DNA from: an uncultured Coxiellaceae bacterium | GTDB taxonomy: Bacteria; Pseudomonadota; Gammaproteobacteria; DSM-16500 | Length of the DNA: 64,000 nucleotides | Reading direction: 5' to 3' | Assembly: GCA_964583565.1 (NCBI GenBank) | Contig: CAZOVT010000002.1 | Location: forward strand, 34,301-98,300 | Notes under the pieces: generated by a model | Databases searched by the model: none | What the model saw: the letters and a program-made list of their open reading frames with translations, nothing else | What the model was told of the DNA's origin: nothing | Part shown: piece by piece, positions 50,173 to 58,947 of the stretch | Numbering within the stretch: position 1 is the first letter of the stretch | How the letters are laid out: every line of letters begins with the position of its first letter | Translations under genes and position numbers: made by a program

Positions 50173-52593
50173 ATGAATAGAATGTTGATTAATGCAACTC
50201 ATAAAGATGAAGAGTTGCGTATTGCGTTAGCCACTGGACAATTTCTTTACGACCTAATTATCCAGTCAACCGCCCGCGAAGAAAAACAATCCAATGTTTA
50301 CATGGGTAAAATCACCCGCATAGAACCCAGCCTTGAAGCTGCGTTCGTTGATTATGGTGAAAACCGGCACGGATTTCTTCCGCTCAAGGAAATTGCCCGC
50401 TCCTGCTTCAAAAGCAGTTATGCTGATCATGGCCGCAGACCTTCCATTACCGAGGTGATTGAAGAAGGCCAGGAGCTGATTGTTCAGGTTGAAAAGGAAG
50501 AACGCGGCAACAAAGGCGCCGCTTTAACCACGTTTGTTACCCTGCCGGGATGCTATCTGGTATTAATGCCAAATAACCCGCGTGCTGGTGGTGTTTCACG
50601 CCGTATTGAAGGCGATGAACGGGATGAGCTGCACAGCGTACTGGGATCATTACAAGTTCCAGAAGGCATGGGGTTAATTATTCGAACAGCCGGCGGCGGC
50701 CGCTCCCAAGAGGAACTGCAATGGGATCTCGACATTCTGTTGCGCCTGTGGAACGTCATTCAACAATCTGCTGCTGAACGGCCAGCACCCTTCCTTATCT
50801 ATCAGGAAGGCAATGCCGTCATCCGGGCCTTGCGTGATTACTTGCGCAAAGACATCGATGAAATCCTCATTGATCATCAGGGTCTGTATGAAGATGTGGT
50901 CAATCACCTCAAACTGATACGGCCTGATTTTGTCAGCCGGGTAAAATACTATAGCGATCCAACACCGCTGTTTACCCGGTTTCAGATTGAAAGCCAGATT
51001 GAATCCGCGTTCCAGCGTGATGTACGCTTGCCTTCTGGCGGTTCCGTTATCATTGATCATACAGAAGCAATGGTATCTATCGACATAAACTCCGCCAAAT
51101 CCACAAAAGGCGGCGACATCGAAGAAACCGCATTAATGACCAATCTCGAAGCGGCAAATGAAATTGCCAGACAACTGCGGCTCCGGGACATTGGCGGACT
51201 CATCGTCATTGACTTCATCGATATGACGCCTATCCGCAATCAGCGGGAAGTTGAAGACCGCTTGCGTAATGCACTTTCCATGGATAGAGCCCGCGTACAG
51301 ATAGGCCGTATTTCCCGATTTGGCCTGCTGGAAATGTCACGTCAGCGTCTGCGTCCGTCACTCGGCGAATCCAGCCGAATCACCTGTCCGCGCTGCACGG
51401 GTCAAGGCACCATTAGAGGTATTGAATCGCTGGGTCTTTCTGTGATGCGGATTATTGAAGAAGAAGCGCTGAAAGAAAACACAGCACAAGTACGATCTAT
51501 TTTACCAACTGAAATTACAGCGTACCTGCTTAATGAAAAACGCCAGGCCATTATCGACATTGAAAAACGTCAAGGCGTGTCTATCATTATTGTGCCCAGC
51601 ACCCATCTGCAGACACCACAATATGAAATTGAACGTATTCGCATTTCGGATATGACAGAAAAAGATGAAAAGCTGTTGAGCTACAAGCTGGCGCTTAAGC
51701 CGGAACTATCTCATCCAGCGCCCGCATCCAGCAGGGCACATCAAGAGCCAGCTATTAAAGCCATTCCAGCGGAAGATATCCCTGTTGCACCAGTCACCGT
51801 ACAATCCTATGCCGCCGCAACAGCATCAGCGCCTAAACAGCAGGCTGGACAAACTGGCATCCTCAAAAAACTCATGACATTCCTGTTTGAGAAAAAAGAG
51901 CAGCCAGCTTCTGCTGCAACTAACAATATCCAGTCGCACGGTCAGGGCATCCGCCACGATCACCATCGCTCATCTCATGCGGGGCAGCGGCGCAGACATG
52001 GCCAACACAATCGTGGACGCCGCGACAATAGAAACAGGCATCAGGCTGGCGGCAGCTCTCATCGCCAGGATGGACGTGATAATCCCAACAGACCGCGGGA
52101 TCCACGACATCGTACCGGGCAGTATCGCGACAACCAGCATCGTGAACAGCAACATGACTCACAGATTCACAAGTCGCCGGTAACAATGGAACCGTCTCAG
52201 CCCATTCAGCACCCTGTGTCTCAGCACCCTGTGTCATTACCGCAGACAAGCAGACAACAAGCGCCCGTGTCAGCTGAATCGCAGCACAAGCCTGTATCAA
52301 CCCAGATGCCGGTAAATGATGCGCAAAGACAAGATACACACACACCTGCCGCCAGTCATGTTGTTCCCATTCGTCAGGAAGAAACATCACCAGCCATGGG
52401 TAGTACAACAGCACCCATTGATAACCAGGGCAATGTGATGGCCAGCGCCGGCACAAATAATCCGAATGCTGAAAGAAGACCAAGACGCCGCTTGCACCAC
52501 CATCGCAAACGCAGACAAGGCGGCAATAAAACTGAACGCACGGATCAGCCGCAGAAAATCATCGAAGGTGAAGATATTTATAAGAAGGAATAG
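50173..52593 (+). CDS. rne: Ribonuclease E
   Basis: S1 domain, catalytic region (VSIDINSAK, DFIDM), Zn-link CPRCTGQG, and an Arg/His/Gln-rich low-complexity C-terminal region. Confidence 0.95.
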   Translation: MNRMLINATHKDEELRIALATGQFLYDLIIQSTAREEKQSNVYMGKITRIEPSLEAAFVDYGENRHGFLPLKEIARSCFKSSYADHGRRPSITEVIEEGQELIVQVEKEERGNKGAALTTFVTLPGCYLVLMPNNPRAGGVSRRIEGDERDELHSVLGSLQVPEGMGLIIRTAGGGRSQEELQWDLDILLRLWNVIQQSAAERPAPFLIYQEGNAVIRALRDYLRKDIDEILIDHQGLYEDVVNHLKLIRPDFVSRVKYYSDPTPLFTRFQIESQIESAFQRDVRLPSGGSVIIDHTEAMVSIDINSAKSTKGGDIEETALMTNLEAANEIARQLRLRDIGGLIVIDFIDMTPIRNQREVEDRLRNALSMDRARVQIGRISRFGLLEMSRQRLRPSLGESSRITCPRCTGQGTIRGIESLGLSVMRIIEEEALKENTAQVRSILPTEITAYLLNEKRQAIIDIEKRQGVSIIIVPSTHLQTPQYEIERIRISDMTEKDEKLLSYKLALKPELSHPAPASSRAHQEPAIKAIPAEDIPVAPVTVQSYAAATASAPKQQAGQTGILKKLMTFLFEKKEQPASAATNNIQSHGQGIRHDHHRSSHAGQRRRHGQHNRGRRDNRNRHQAGGSSHRQDGRDNPNRPRDPRHRTGQYRDNQHREQQHDSQIHKSPVTMEPSQPIQHPVSQHPVSLPQTSRQQAPVSAESQHKPVSTQMPVNDAQRQDTHTPAASHVVPIRQEETSPAMGSTTAPIDNQGNVMASAGTNNPNAERRPRRRLHHHRKRRQGGNKTERTDQPQKIIEGEDIYKKE
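52207..52236 (+). repeat. In-frame 15-bp tandem duplication inside the RNase E C-terminal region
   Basis: CAGCACCCTGTGTCT followed by CAGCACCCTGTGTCA, encoding QHPVS-QHPVS. Confidence 0.85.
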
Positions 52594-52610
52594 AGTGTGT
52601 TATGGATGGG

Positions 52611-52628
52611 CCCCCGCCTGCGCGGGGG
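52611..52628. terminator. GC-rich hairpin between convergent rne and the Trm112-like gene
   Basis: CCCCCGC-CTGC-GCGGGGG, a 7-bp stem. There is no T-tract on either strand. Confidence 0.3.
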
Positions 52629-52688
52629 TGACCAAGATAGTGATGCAAGCAAAATAGTGATGCGAAGGTGACAGTAGAGTTTATCCGT

Positions 52689-52865
52689 TTACTCTTCGCC
52701 CTCTCCAAGGCGTCTTGCTCTGGATTCAAGCATAACCGGGATATCATTGACGACTGGATAGGCAATACGGTCAAACTTGCAAATCAATTCCTGATTGGGA
52801 GCATCATAAACAACCTCCCCTTTGCAGATAGGGCATGCTAATATTTCAATAAGATTTTTATCCAT
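52689..52865 (-). CDS. Trm112/YcaR-family small zinc-ribbon-like protein (UPF0434)
   Basis: [18 protein letters not shown]...[21 protein letters not shown]; about 58 aa from the third Met of the ORF. Confidence 0.8.
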   Translation of the reverse strand: MDKNLIEILACPICKGEVVYDAPNQELICKFDRIAYPVVNDIPVMLESRARRLGEGEE

Positions 52866-52923
52866 TTGTCTCATAGCTTCTTGCAATAATGAATAACAAC
52901 GATATTACCCGGAAGACTGATTA

Positions 52924-53658
52924 ATGACAACGCATTGCTTCAATCTCGATAATGTTCATCACTCATGGAAACCCATCATACACGACGCTCTGCTGCAGGT
53001 TGATGCAAACTACCTGAACCAACTGCATCGGTCAGATGAGTGGCTGCCAGGACACAATAATATTTTCAATGCGTTTTCCCTGCCTATTGATCATACCAAC
53101 TATGTTTTATTTGGCGAGTCACCCTATCCACGCCGGCAATCTGCAAATGGTTATGCATTCTGGGATGCGTCTATCAATGAACTATGGTCTGAGACCGGGT
53201 TAAATAAAAAAGTGAATCGCGCAACGTCCATGCGAAACATCATCAAAATGCTGTTGGTAACAGAAGGCTTGCTGAATGCAGACAATACCAGCCAGCCTGA
53301 TATCGCCAGCGTTAACAAACACACGCTTGTCAAAACCAACGAGGAATTTTTTTCAAACCTGATGCAGCATGGTTTTTTGTTACTCAATGCAACGCCTGTT
53401 TTGCAGGCTGGCCCGCCCAAAAAAGATGCCAATGCCTGGCGGCCTTTCATGAGAACAATAATAAATCAGCTGATAAAAAAAAGACCTGATATAAAATTCA
53501 TCTTATTTGGGAAAGTTGCGTATGAAATAAACCAATTCACCAGCAATTTGAATATTGCCAGTTTCCATGCTGAACATCCCTATAATCTGTCATTTATCAA
53601 CAACCTGGACGTGCAAAATTTCTTCAGACCATTGCATTTATTAAAAAAAGCCCGTTAA
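52924..53658 (+). CDS. Uracil-DNA glycosylase superfamily protein, family-1-like fold with a divergent catalytic motif
   Basis: Collinear with Ung motifs as I recall them: IFNAF, YVLFGESPYP against VVILGQDPYH, ANGYAF against AHGLAF, GFLLLNA against GVLLLNT, FILFG against FLLWG, and HPYNLS against HPSPLS. Confidence 0.55.
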   Translation: MTTHCFNLDNVHHSWKPIIHDALLQVDANYLNQLHRSDEWLPGHNNIFNAFSLPIDHTNYVLFGESPYPRRQSANGYAFWDASINELWSETGLNKKVNRATSMRNIIKMLLVTEGLLNADNTSQPDIASVNKHTLVKTNEEFFSNLMQHGFLLLNATPVLQAGPPKKDANAWRPFMRTIINQLIKKRPDIKFILFGKVAYEINQFTSNLNIASFHAEHPYNLSFINNLDVQNFFRPLHLLKKAR

Positions 53659-53747
53659 ATCAAGATACCAGCCATCAATCAAGGGTATCCCCTATTTGCT
53701 ATACTTTGTTAAAAAAGATAAAGTTATATTATGCGCGAGGGTAATTT

Positions 53748-54419
53748 ATGCGGATACTTCTAGTCGAAGATGATGAGTTGCTTGGTGAAGGAACGCGTAA
53801 GGGCTTAAGCCAGGACGGTTATACTGTCGACTGGGTAAAGGATGGCACGCTCGCAGATCAGGCACTCAAAACCGAAAAATTCGATCTGGTTGTCCTTGAC
53901 CTTGGCCTTCCCAAGATGCCGGGCATCACCGTATTGCAAAACATGCGTGAGCGCGGCGATACAACACCCGTACTTATTCTTACCGCCAGAGAATCCATCG
54001 AAGACCGCGTTAAAGGTCTGGACAGCGGCGCGGATGATTACCTGACCAAACCATTTGATCTCTTTGAATTACTCGCCCGTTTACGGGCATTACAGCGTCG
54101 TTTCGCTTCCCGTGCCGCACCGCTTCTGGTACATAATGATATCTCTCTCGATCCAGCTTCACACACTGTTTCCTATAAAGGTGAGCCAATCAATTTATCA
54201 CGGCGTGAATTTGCCTTGCTTCATGTACTGCTTGAAAATGCCGGCCGCGTCTTATCCAGAGAACACCTCACCCAATCACTCTATGGCTGGGGCGAAGAAG
54301 TTGACAGCAACGCACTGGAAGTTCACGTTCATAATCTTCGCAAACGATTTGGACAGGAGTTCATACGAACAGTTCGCGGCATTGGCTACACAATTGAAAA
54401 AAGTAAAGATGCAAAATGA
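53748..54419 (+). CDS. OmpR-family response regulator, QseB/PmrA-like
   Basis: Receiver domain (MRILLVEDD, phospho-acceptor context LVVLDLGLP, and K in YLTKPF) plus a winged-helix output domain (RTVRGIGY). Confidence 0.9.
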   Translation: MRILLVEDDELLGEGTRKGLSQDGYTVDWVKDGTLADQALKTEKFDLVVLDLGLPKMPGITVLQNMRERGDTTPVLILTARESIEDRVKGLDSGADDYLTKPFDLFELLARLRALQRRFASRAAPLLVHNDISLDPASHTVSYKGEPINLSRREFALLHVLLENAGRVLSREHLTQSLYGWGEEVDSNALEVHVHNLRKRFGQEFIRTVRGIGYTIEKSKDAK

Positions 54420-55774
54420 TTCGGTCAATTCGATATTTTCTTTTAATCAGCCTGTTACTCAGCATTACCATTGCATCCGCTATTAATGGTATTGGTAATT
54501 ACCTGCTCGATGAGAAAGTCATTCAACCCTATCTGGACAGTCAGCTAATTCGTATTTCATCCCTGATCAACATTCTGAATGATGCCACCAATAATAACCT
54601 TGACGTCAAAAAAACAGTCCTCCATTTAATACAGGAATCACAGGCGATCAATAAAAAACACTTTATTTTCCAGATATGGGATAAGAATGGCAAACTCATC
54701 ATGCACTCATATCATCAAGATGAAATTTCCTTTCGAGACGCACCCTATGGTTTCAGTGACAAAATCATCGATGGCGATGACTGGCGCATATACAGTGAAC
54801 AGAATAACGAAACGCAAACCAAGCTCGTTGTCGCTGAACTATATAACCTGCGCCGCGAACTCACTGACGATATTGCGCGCAGCAATGCCAATATTCTGTT
54901 AATTACTTATCCCGTGTTTGGTTTACTGGTCTGGTTTATTATCAGCTTTGCTCTGCGGTCTATCACAAAAGTGACCAGTGAAATTTCCAATCGCGCCTCT
55001 ACTTATCTCGAACCTGTCCAGTTAACGCAAATTCCACTCGAGATCAAACCGCTTGTCGCTGAACTCAATAGATTGTTTATACGCCTCAAGCTTGCCTTTG
55101 AACGTAACAAACGTTTCGCCGCCGATGCAGCCCACGAGTTGCGAACACCGCTGGCTGCATTAAAAACCAACCTGCAAGTCGCCCTAAAATCAGATAATGA
55201 CACTGATCGCAATAAAGCCTTTCAAAAGGTCCTTAAAAGTGTCGATCGCAGCTCACATGTCATTGCTCAATTATTAACCTTGAGCAGATTAGGTGAAGAA
55301 GAAGCACTGGTTGACGTTAAACCCTTTAATCTCCATCGTCTCGCAACCGAAATTCTAGCCTATCTTGCCCCTCATGCACTGGAAAAAAATATAGAAATAG
55401 AACTATCCCCCTCCCCCTCTGAACCCATCATCATGGGTAATGATACGGCCATTGGCATCCTGATCCGCAATATCGTAGACAATGCCATTCGCTATACGCC
55501 GAGGGATGGAGAGGTAAAAATCAGCATTGTTGATACCGGCACACAAATAATACTGCGCGTTTGTGATTCAGGCAGCGGTATTCCTGTCGAACTCCGAGAG
55601 CGCGTATTTGAGCGTTTTTATCGAATGTTGGGCACAAAATCATCAGGAAGTGGCTTAGGATTAGCCATTGTGAGCCAAATTGCATCACTTCACCATGCCA
55701 CGATCAGCCTTGCCACACCGCCTGCGGGCACTGGATTGCAATTCGATGTAGCATTTCCGAAGTATCAAGCTTAA
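54416..55774 (+). CDS. Sensor histidine kinase, QseC/PmrB-like
   Basis: Two transmembrane segments flank a periplasmic domain. H-box AADAAHELRTPLA, N-box DNAIRYT, and G-boxes DSGSGIP and GSGLGLAI. ATGA overlap with the response regulator gene. Confidence 0.9.
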   Translation: MIRSIRYFLLISLLLSITIASAINGIGNYLLDEKVIQPYLDSQLIRISSLINILNDATNNNLDVKKTVLHLIQESQAINKKHFIFQIWDKNGKLIMHSYHQDEISFRDAPYGFSDKIIDGDDWRIYSEQNNETQTKLVVAELYNLRRELTDDIARSNANILLITYPVFGLLVWFIISFALRSITKVTSEISNRASTYLEPVQLTQIPLEIKPLVAELNRLFIRLKLAFERNKRFAADAAHELRTPLAALKTNLQVALKSDNDTDRNKAFQKVLKSVDRSSHVIAQLLTLSRLGEEEALVDVKPFNLHRLATEILAYLAPHALEKNIEIELSPSPSEPIIMGNDTAIGILIRNIVDNAIRYTPRDGEVKISIVDTGTQIILRVCDSGSGIPVELRERVFERFYRMLGTKSSGSGLGLAIVSQIASLHHATISLATPPAGTGLQFDVAFPKYQA

Positions 55775-55823
55775 AATTACCCTTCAAATAAACATGACCC
55801 CCTTAGGAAAGCAGACCAGACAT

Positions 55824-56450
55824 ATGCTAAAACGTTTATTACCGCGTCAGGATAACTTTTTTCTCTTCTTTCAACAGGCAGCCGATAAACTGGTACTGGC
55901 TTCGACTGAATTTTCCAGCCTCCTGCAAAATCTGCATAACCAGCAGCACCATGTTGATGCAATTGCAAAACATGAAGAAGAGGCTGATCAAATAGCACAT
56001 GCCAATTTTGAGCTATTGCATAAAACATTTATTACACCGTTTGACCGTCATGACATACACCAGCTAACCAGTACACTGGATGACATCATTGACCTGATCA
56101 ACCGTATCGCGCAGCGCTTCCCGTTCTATCAACTCAAAGAAGTGCCGGAAGAAGCGATAAAATTGTCTCAACTCAGTGCTGAAGCAACCAATCACCTGAA
56201 ACAATCAATTTATTGCCTGCATTCACTTAAAAATTCTGATGCGATTTTCAAGCACTGCAATGAAATAGATCTCGTGGAAAGCAAAGCACATAAAGTTGTG
56301 CTTGCCGGCGAGAAAAAACTCTTTATGAGTGAAGACGATTTCAAACAGTTTTTTAAATTAAAAGAAATCTATGCGCACACAAAACTCGTTATCAACCGCT
56401 GCCAGGATGTTGCCAACATTCTAAAAGGCATCGTGCTCGAGTATTCATGA
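55824..56450 (+). CDS. DUF47-family (PhoU-like, YkaA-type) protein paired with a PiT transporter
   Basis: MLKRLLPRQDNFFLFF N-terminus and a helical protein of about 208 aa lying immediately upstream of the PiT gene. This is a conserved pairing. Confidence 0.8.
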   Translation: MLKRLLPRQDNFFLFFQQAADKLVLASTEFSSLLQNLHNQQHHVDAIAKHEEEADQIAHANFELLHKTFITPFDRHDIHQLTSTLDDIIDLINRIAQRFPFYQLKEVPEEAIKLSQLSAEATNHLKQSIYCLHSLKNSDAIFKHCNEIDLVESKAHKVVLAGEKKLFMSEDDFKQFFKLKEIYAHTKLVINRCQDVANILKGIVLEYS

Positions 56451-56451
56451 C

Positions 56452-57492
56452 ATGGTATTTGACACATCCCTGGCGTTTGTCATTGTTACTATTGCGATTG
56501 CACTCTTTTTTGATTTTCTGAACGGATTTCATGATGCAGCCAACTCTATCGCTGCGGTTGTATCCACCCGGGTACTGAAACCACAGTGGGCTGTTCTCTG
56601 GGCTGCATTTTTCAACTTCGTCGCATTTTTATTTTTTGGCGTTCACGTTGCAAACACCATCGGCGTGGGTCTGGTTGACCCTGCCGTCATTAATATACAT
56701 GTTGTTTTCTCTGCCCTTGTTGGTGCGATTTTCTGGAATATCCTCACGTGGTATTACGGATTGCCTTCAAGCTCGTCTCATGCCTTAATTGGCGGCCTGT
56801 TAGGTGCAGCCATTGCCCATGCCGGTATCGCCCCGTTAAAATGGGTCGGCATCGTTAAAGTACTTTCTTTTATCATCATTTCCCCTCTCCTCGGCATGCT
56901 GATGGGAGTCATCCTGATTGTCATCACAGCCCGTCTTCTATTTTACTCTGTCCCTAGCCGGGTAGATGGTATCTTCAGACACCTGCAGCTTCTTTCATCC
57001 GCATTTATCAGTCTGGGCCACGGCAGTAATGATGCGCAAAAGACAATGGGCATCATCGCCATTTTGCTTTACTCATCCAATTTGACCGGCCCAGAATTCA
57101 CTGTACCTTTCTGGGTTGTCGTCAGTTGTAATTTTGTCATTGCATTGGGTACTTGTTTCGGCGGCTGGCGAATTGTAAAAACCATGGGAATGAAAATTAC
57201 CAAATTAAAACCCGTCAGTGGATTTTGTTCTGATACAGCCAGCGCAATAACATTAGCATTAGCGACCTCGCTCGGCATCCCTGTATCTACCACACACACT
57301 GTTACTGGCGCCATTATCGGCGTTGGTTCGTTAAACGGAATTCATGCTGTCCGCTGGGGCGTCGCAAAAAACATCGTCTGGGCATGGGTATTAACCATCC
57401 CCGCTTCGGGATGTGTCGCTGCCATTATCTGGGGTATATTAGAGTTTGTTACCTCAGACAATGCCATGGCACTCTGGATGAAATTGTATTAA
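56452..57492 (+). CDS. Inorganic phosphate transporter, PiT family
   Basis: GFHDAANSIA and GSNDAQKTMG signature repeats in a polytopic membrane protein. Confidence 0.9.
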   Translation: MVFDTSLAFVIVTIAIALFFDFLNGFHDAANSIAAVVSTRVLKPQWAVLWAAFFNFVAFLFFGVHVANTIGVGLVDPAVINIHVVFSALVGAIFWNILTWYYGLPSSSSHALIGGLLGAAIAHAGIAPLKWVGIVKVLSFIIISPLLGMLMGVILIVITARLLFYSVPSRVDGIFRHLQLLSSAFISLGHGSNDAQKTMGIIAILLYSSNLTGPEFTVPFWVVVSCNFVIALGTCFGGWRIVKTMGMKITKLKPVSGFCSDTASAITLALATSLGIPVSTTHTVTGAIIGVGSLNGIHAVRWGVAKNIVWAWVLTIPASGCVAAIIWGILEFVTSDNAMALWMKLY

Positions 57493-58895
57493 GGCGAAGT
57501 TTTTACCCAGTCATGCCGGCGTGCTGGATCTTCCAGTGAACGAGCACGCTCAATGATGCCTTTAATGACTGACAGGTAAGCACCTAACTGACCATCCTGA
57601 ATGGCTGACGTATGCAGCCTTAACTCATCACTTTCAAGCGCAGTATACACATCATGCAGCGTCTCTTTTTCAAGTAAAATTCTCTCAATCGCATCACACG
57701 CCCCCAGTTTTTCCGACTTGTTAAGCAAACCGAATGTAGATGCCGAAAAGAACTTTGTCGTAAAACGACCAACCGAAGAAGTTACCTCTGGCTGCGCGGC
57801 CCTCATTCGCCGGTAAGCCAGCAACAGACAATACATATATGCACGCAACGCGGCTTTTTTACGATCCACATGCTCAACACGAATCAAAATATCGTTTAAT
57901 TCCGTATAAGCCCTGCTTTGTGACGAGAGTAATAAATTCAACGCGCCTTCAACGAGTTTAAGCCGTCGTACTTCCAGCGCACTATCCGTCTCTGTACTCG
58001 TTATTTTTTGTATATCAATACCAGCCATCACACGAAAATAATCTTTGTCTGAAAGAATAGCCATAAATGTACGCCATTCATTTCGAGGAACAATATGCGC
58101 AAACATGGCAACCAGGTTTTTTCTGTTATCCATGTGCTCAACAATCACCCTGCCCAGTTTACGCTTTCCCGTTACATCATAAGTTGATTGTGGCGTAAAA
58201 GAGTCAGGCAATGACTGCATAAATGTTATCAATCGCTGCTTTGCCGCTTGTCTTTCTGCCGGCTGGCTGGAACGATTGTTTAGCAATCTATAATAAGCGG
58301 TAGCCGCCTCTGAGTGTTTTGCCAGTAAACCCTCCTCAGATAAGGATAGTTTCTTACTCCCAGCCACATGATCACAGCCGCTCACCATCGCTGATGATGA
58401 TTGTTCTAATAGAGAAAACGCATCTAAAATAGATATAGGTACATCATTGTCTCTTAATATAAATTCATCTATCCGTAAAGTATCCACTGTTTTATCAGGA
58501 AAAAAATCAAGGATATTTGTTACCGTTGGCATCAACAGCTCAAATGGGTGCGCATCAAAATAAACAGCAATTTTACGCGCAAGCAGCAAACAAACTCTAT
58601 TAATATAGGAATGAGGATGATGAGAATAAATCGCGTCTGTTTTTCTGATCCTGTCCCAGCGTTGCGCAAGAAAACTTTGCAACACTCTTAATACATCAGA
58701 TGAAGGTCGACTTTCTACTGTTGTTAAAGACTGCAACAGCTCCATCAGACGCTCCATCGAAACACCTGATTCAACATGCACAAACACATCCTTTGATGCA
58801 TCTGGTGCCATGGCGCCTATCTCAGCTATAATATTTTTTGCAAATGCCGCGACAGTTTGGGGTTCGCTTGATTGATTAAATTGCCGTACATTCAT
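57489..58895 (-). CDS. Hypothetical 468-aa soluble helical protein with no recognisable family
   Basis: A long uninterrupted ORF with a GGGAG Shine-Dalgarno sequence 6 nt upstream of the ATG. It has no signal peptide, transmembrane segment or catalytic motif that I can recognise. Confidence 0.6.
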   Translation of the reverse strand: MNVRQFNQSSEPQTVAAFAKNIIAEIGAMAPDASKDVFVHVESGVSMERLMELLQSLTTVESRPSSDVLRVLQSFLAQRWDRIRKTDAIYSHHPHSYINRVCLLLARKIAVYFDAHPFELLMPTVTNILDFFPDKTVDTLRIDEFILRDNDVPISILDAFSLLEQSSSAMVSGCDHVAGSKKLSLSEEGLLAKHSEAATAYYRLLNNRSSQPAERQAAKQRLITFMQSLPDSFTPQSTYDVTGKRKLGRVIVEHMDNRKNLVAMFAHIVPRNEWRTFMAILSDKDYFRVMAGIDIQKITSTETDSALEVRRLKLVEGALNLLLSSQSRAYTELNDILIRVEHVDRKKAALRAYMYCLLLAYRRMRAAQPEVTSSVGRFTTKFFSASTFGLLNKSEKLGACDAIERILLEKETLHDVYTALESDELRLHTSAIQDGQLGAYLSVIKGIIERARSLEDPARRHDWVKTSP

Positions 58896-58926
58896 AATAA
58901 GCTCCCATGCTGCTATTTACCCGGAC

Positions 58927-58935
58927 ATTATAACA
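58927..58935 (-). promoter_or_regulatory. Candidate extended -10 promoter element (TGTTATAAT) for the 468-aa orphan gene
   Basis: On the minus strand, TGTTATAAT lies about 31 nt upstream of the ATG, within the 52-nt gap after the rarA stop. Confidence 0.3.
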
Positions 58936-58947
58936 TGTATCCAACAC

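Noticed and set aside
51920-52483. 187-aa antisense ORF, and other ORFs of 60-98 aa, inside the rne 3' region
   Set aside because: They lie within the low-complexity Arg/His/Gln-coding part of rne. The open frames result from compositional bias. They have no ribosome-binding site and their sequence is implausible.
53664-53689. GATACC-N14-GGTATC inverted repeat after the UDG-like gene as a terminator
   Set aside because: It has a 6-bp stem, a 14-nt loop and no T-tract, so it is too weak to call.
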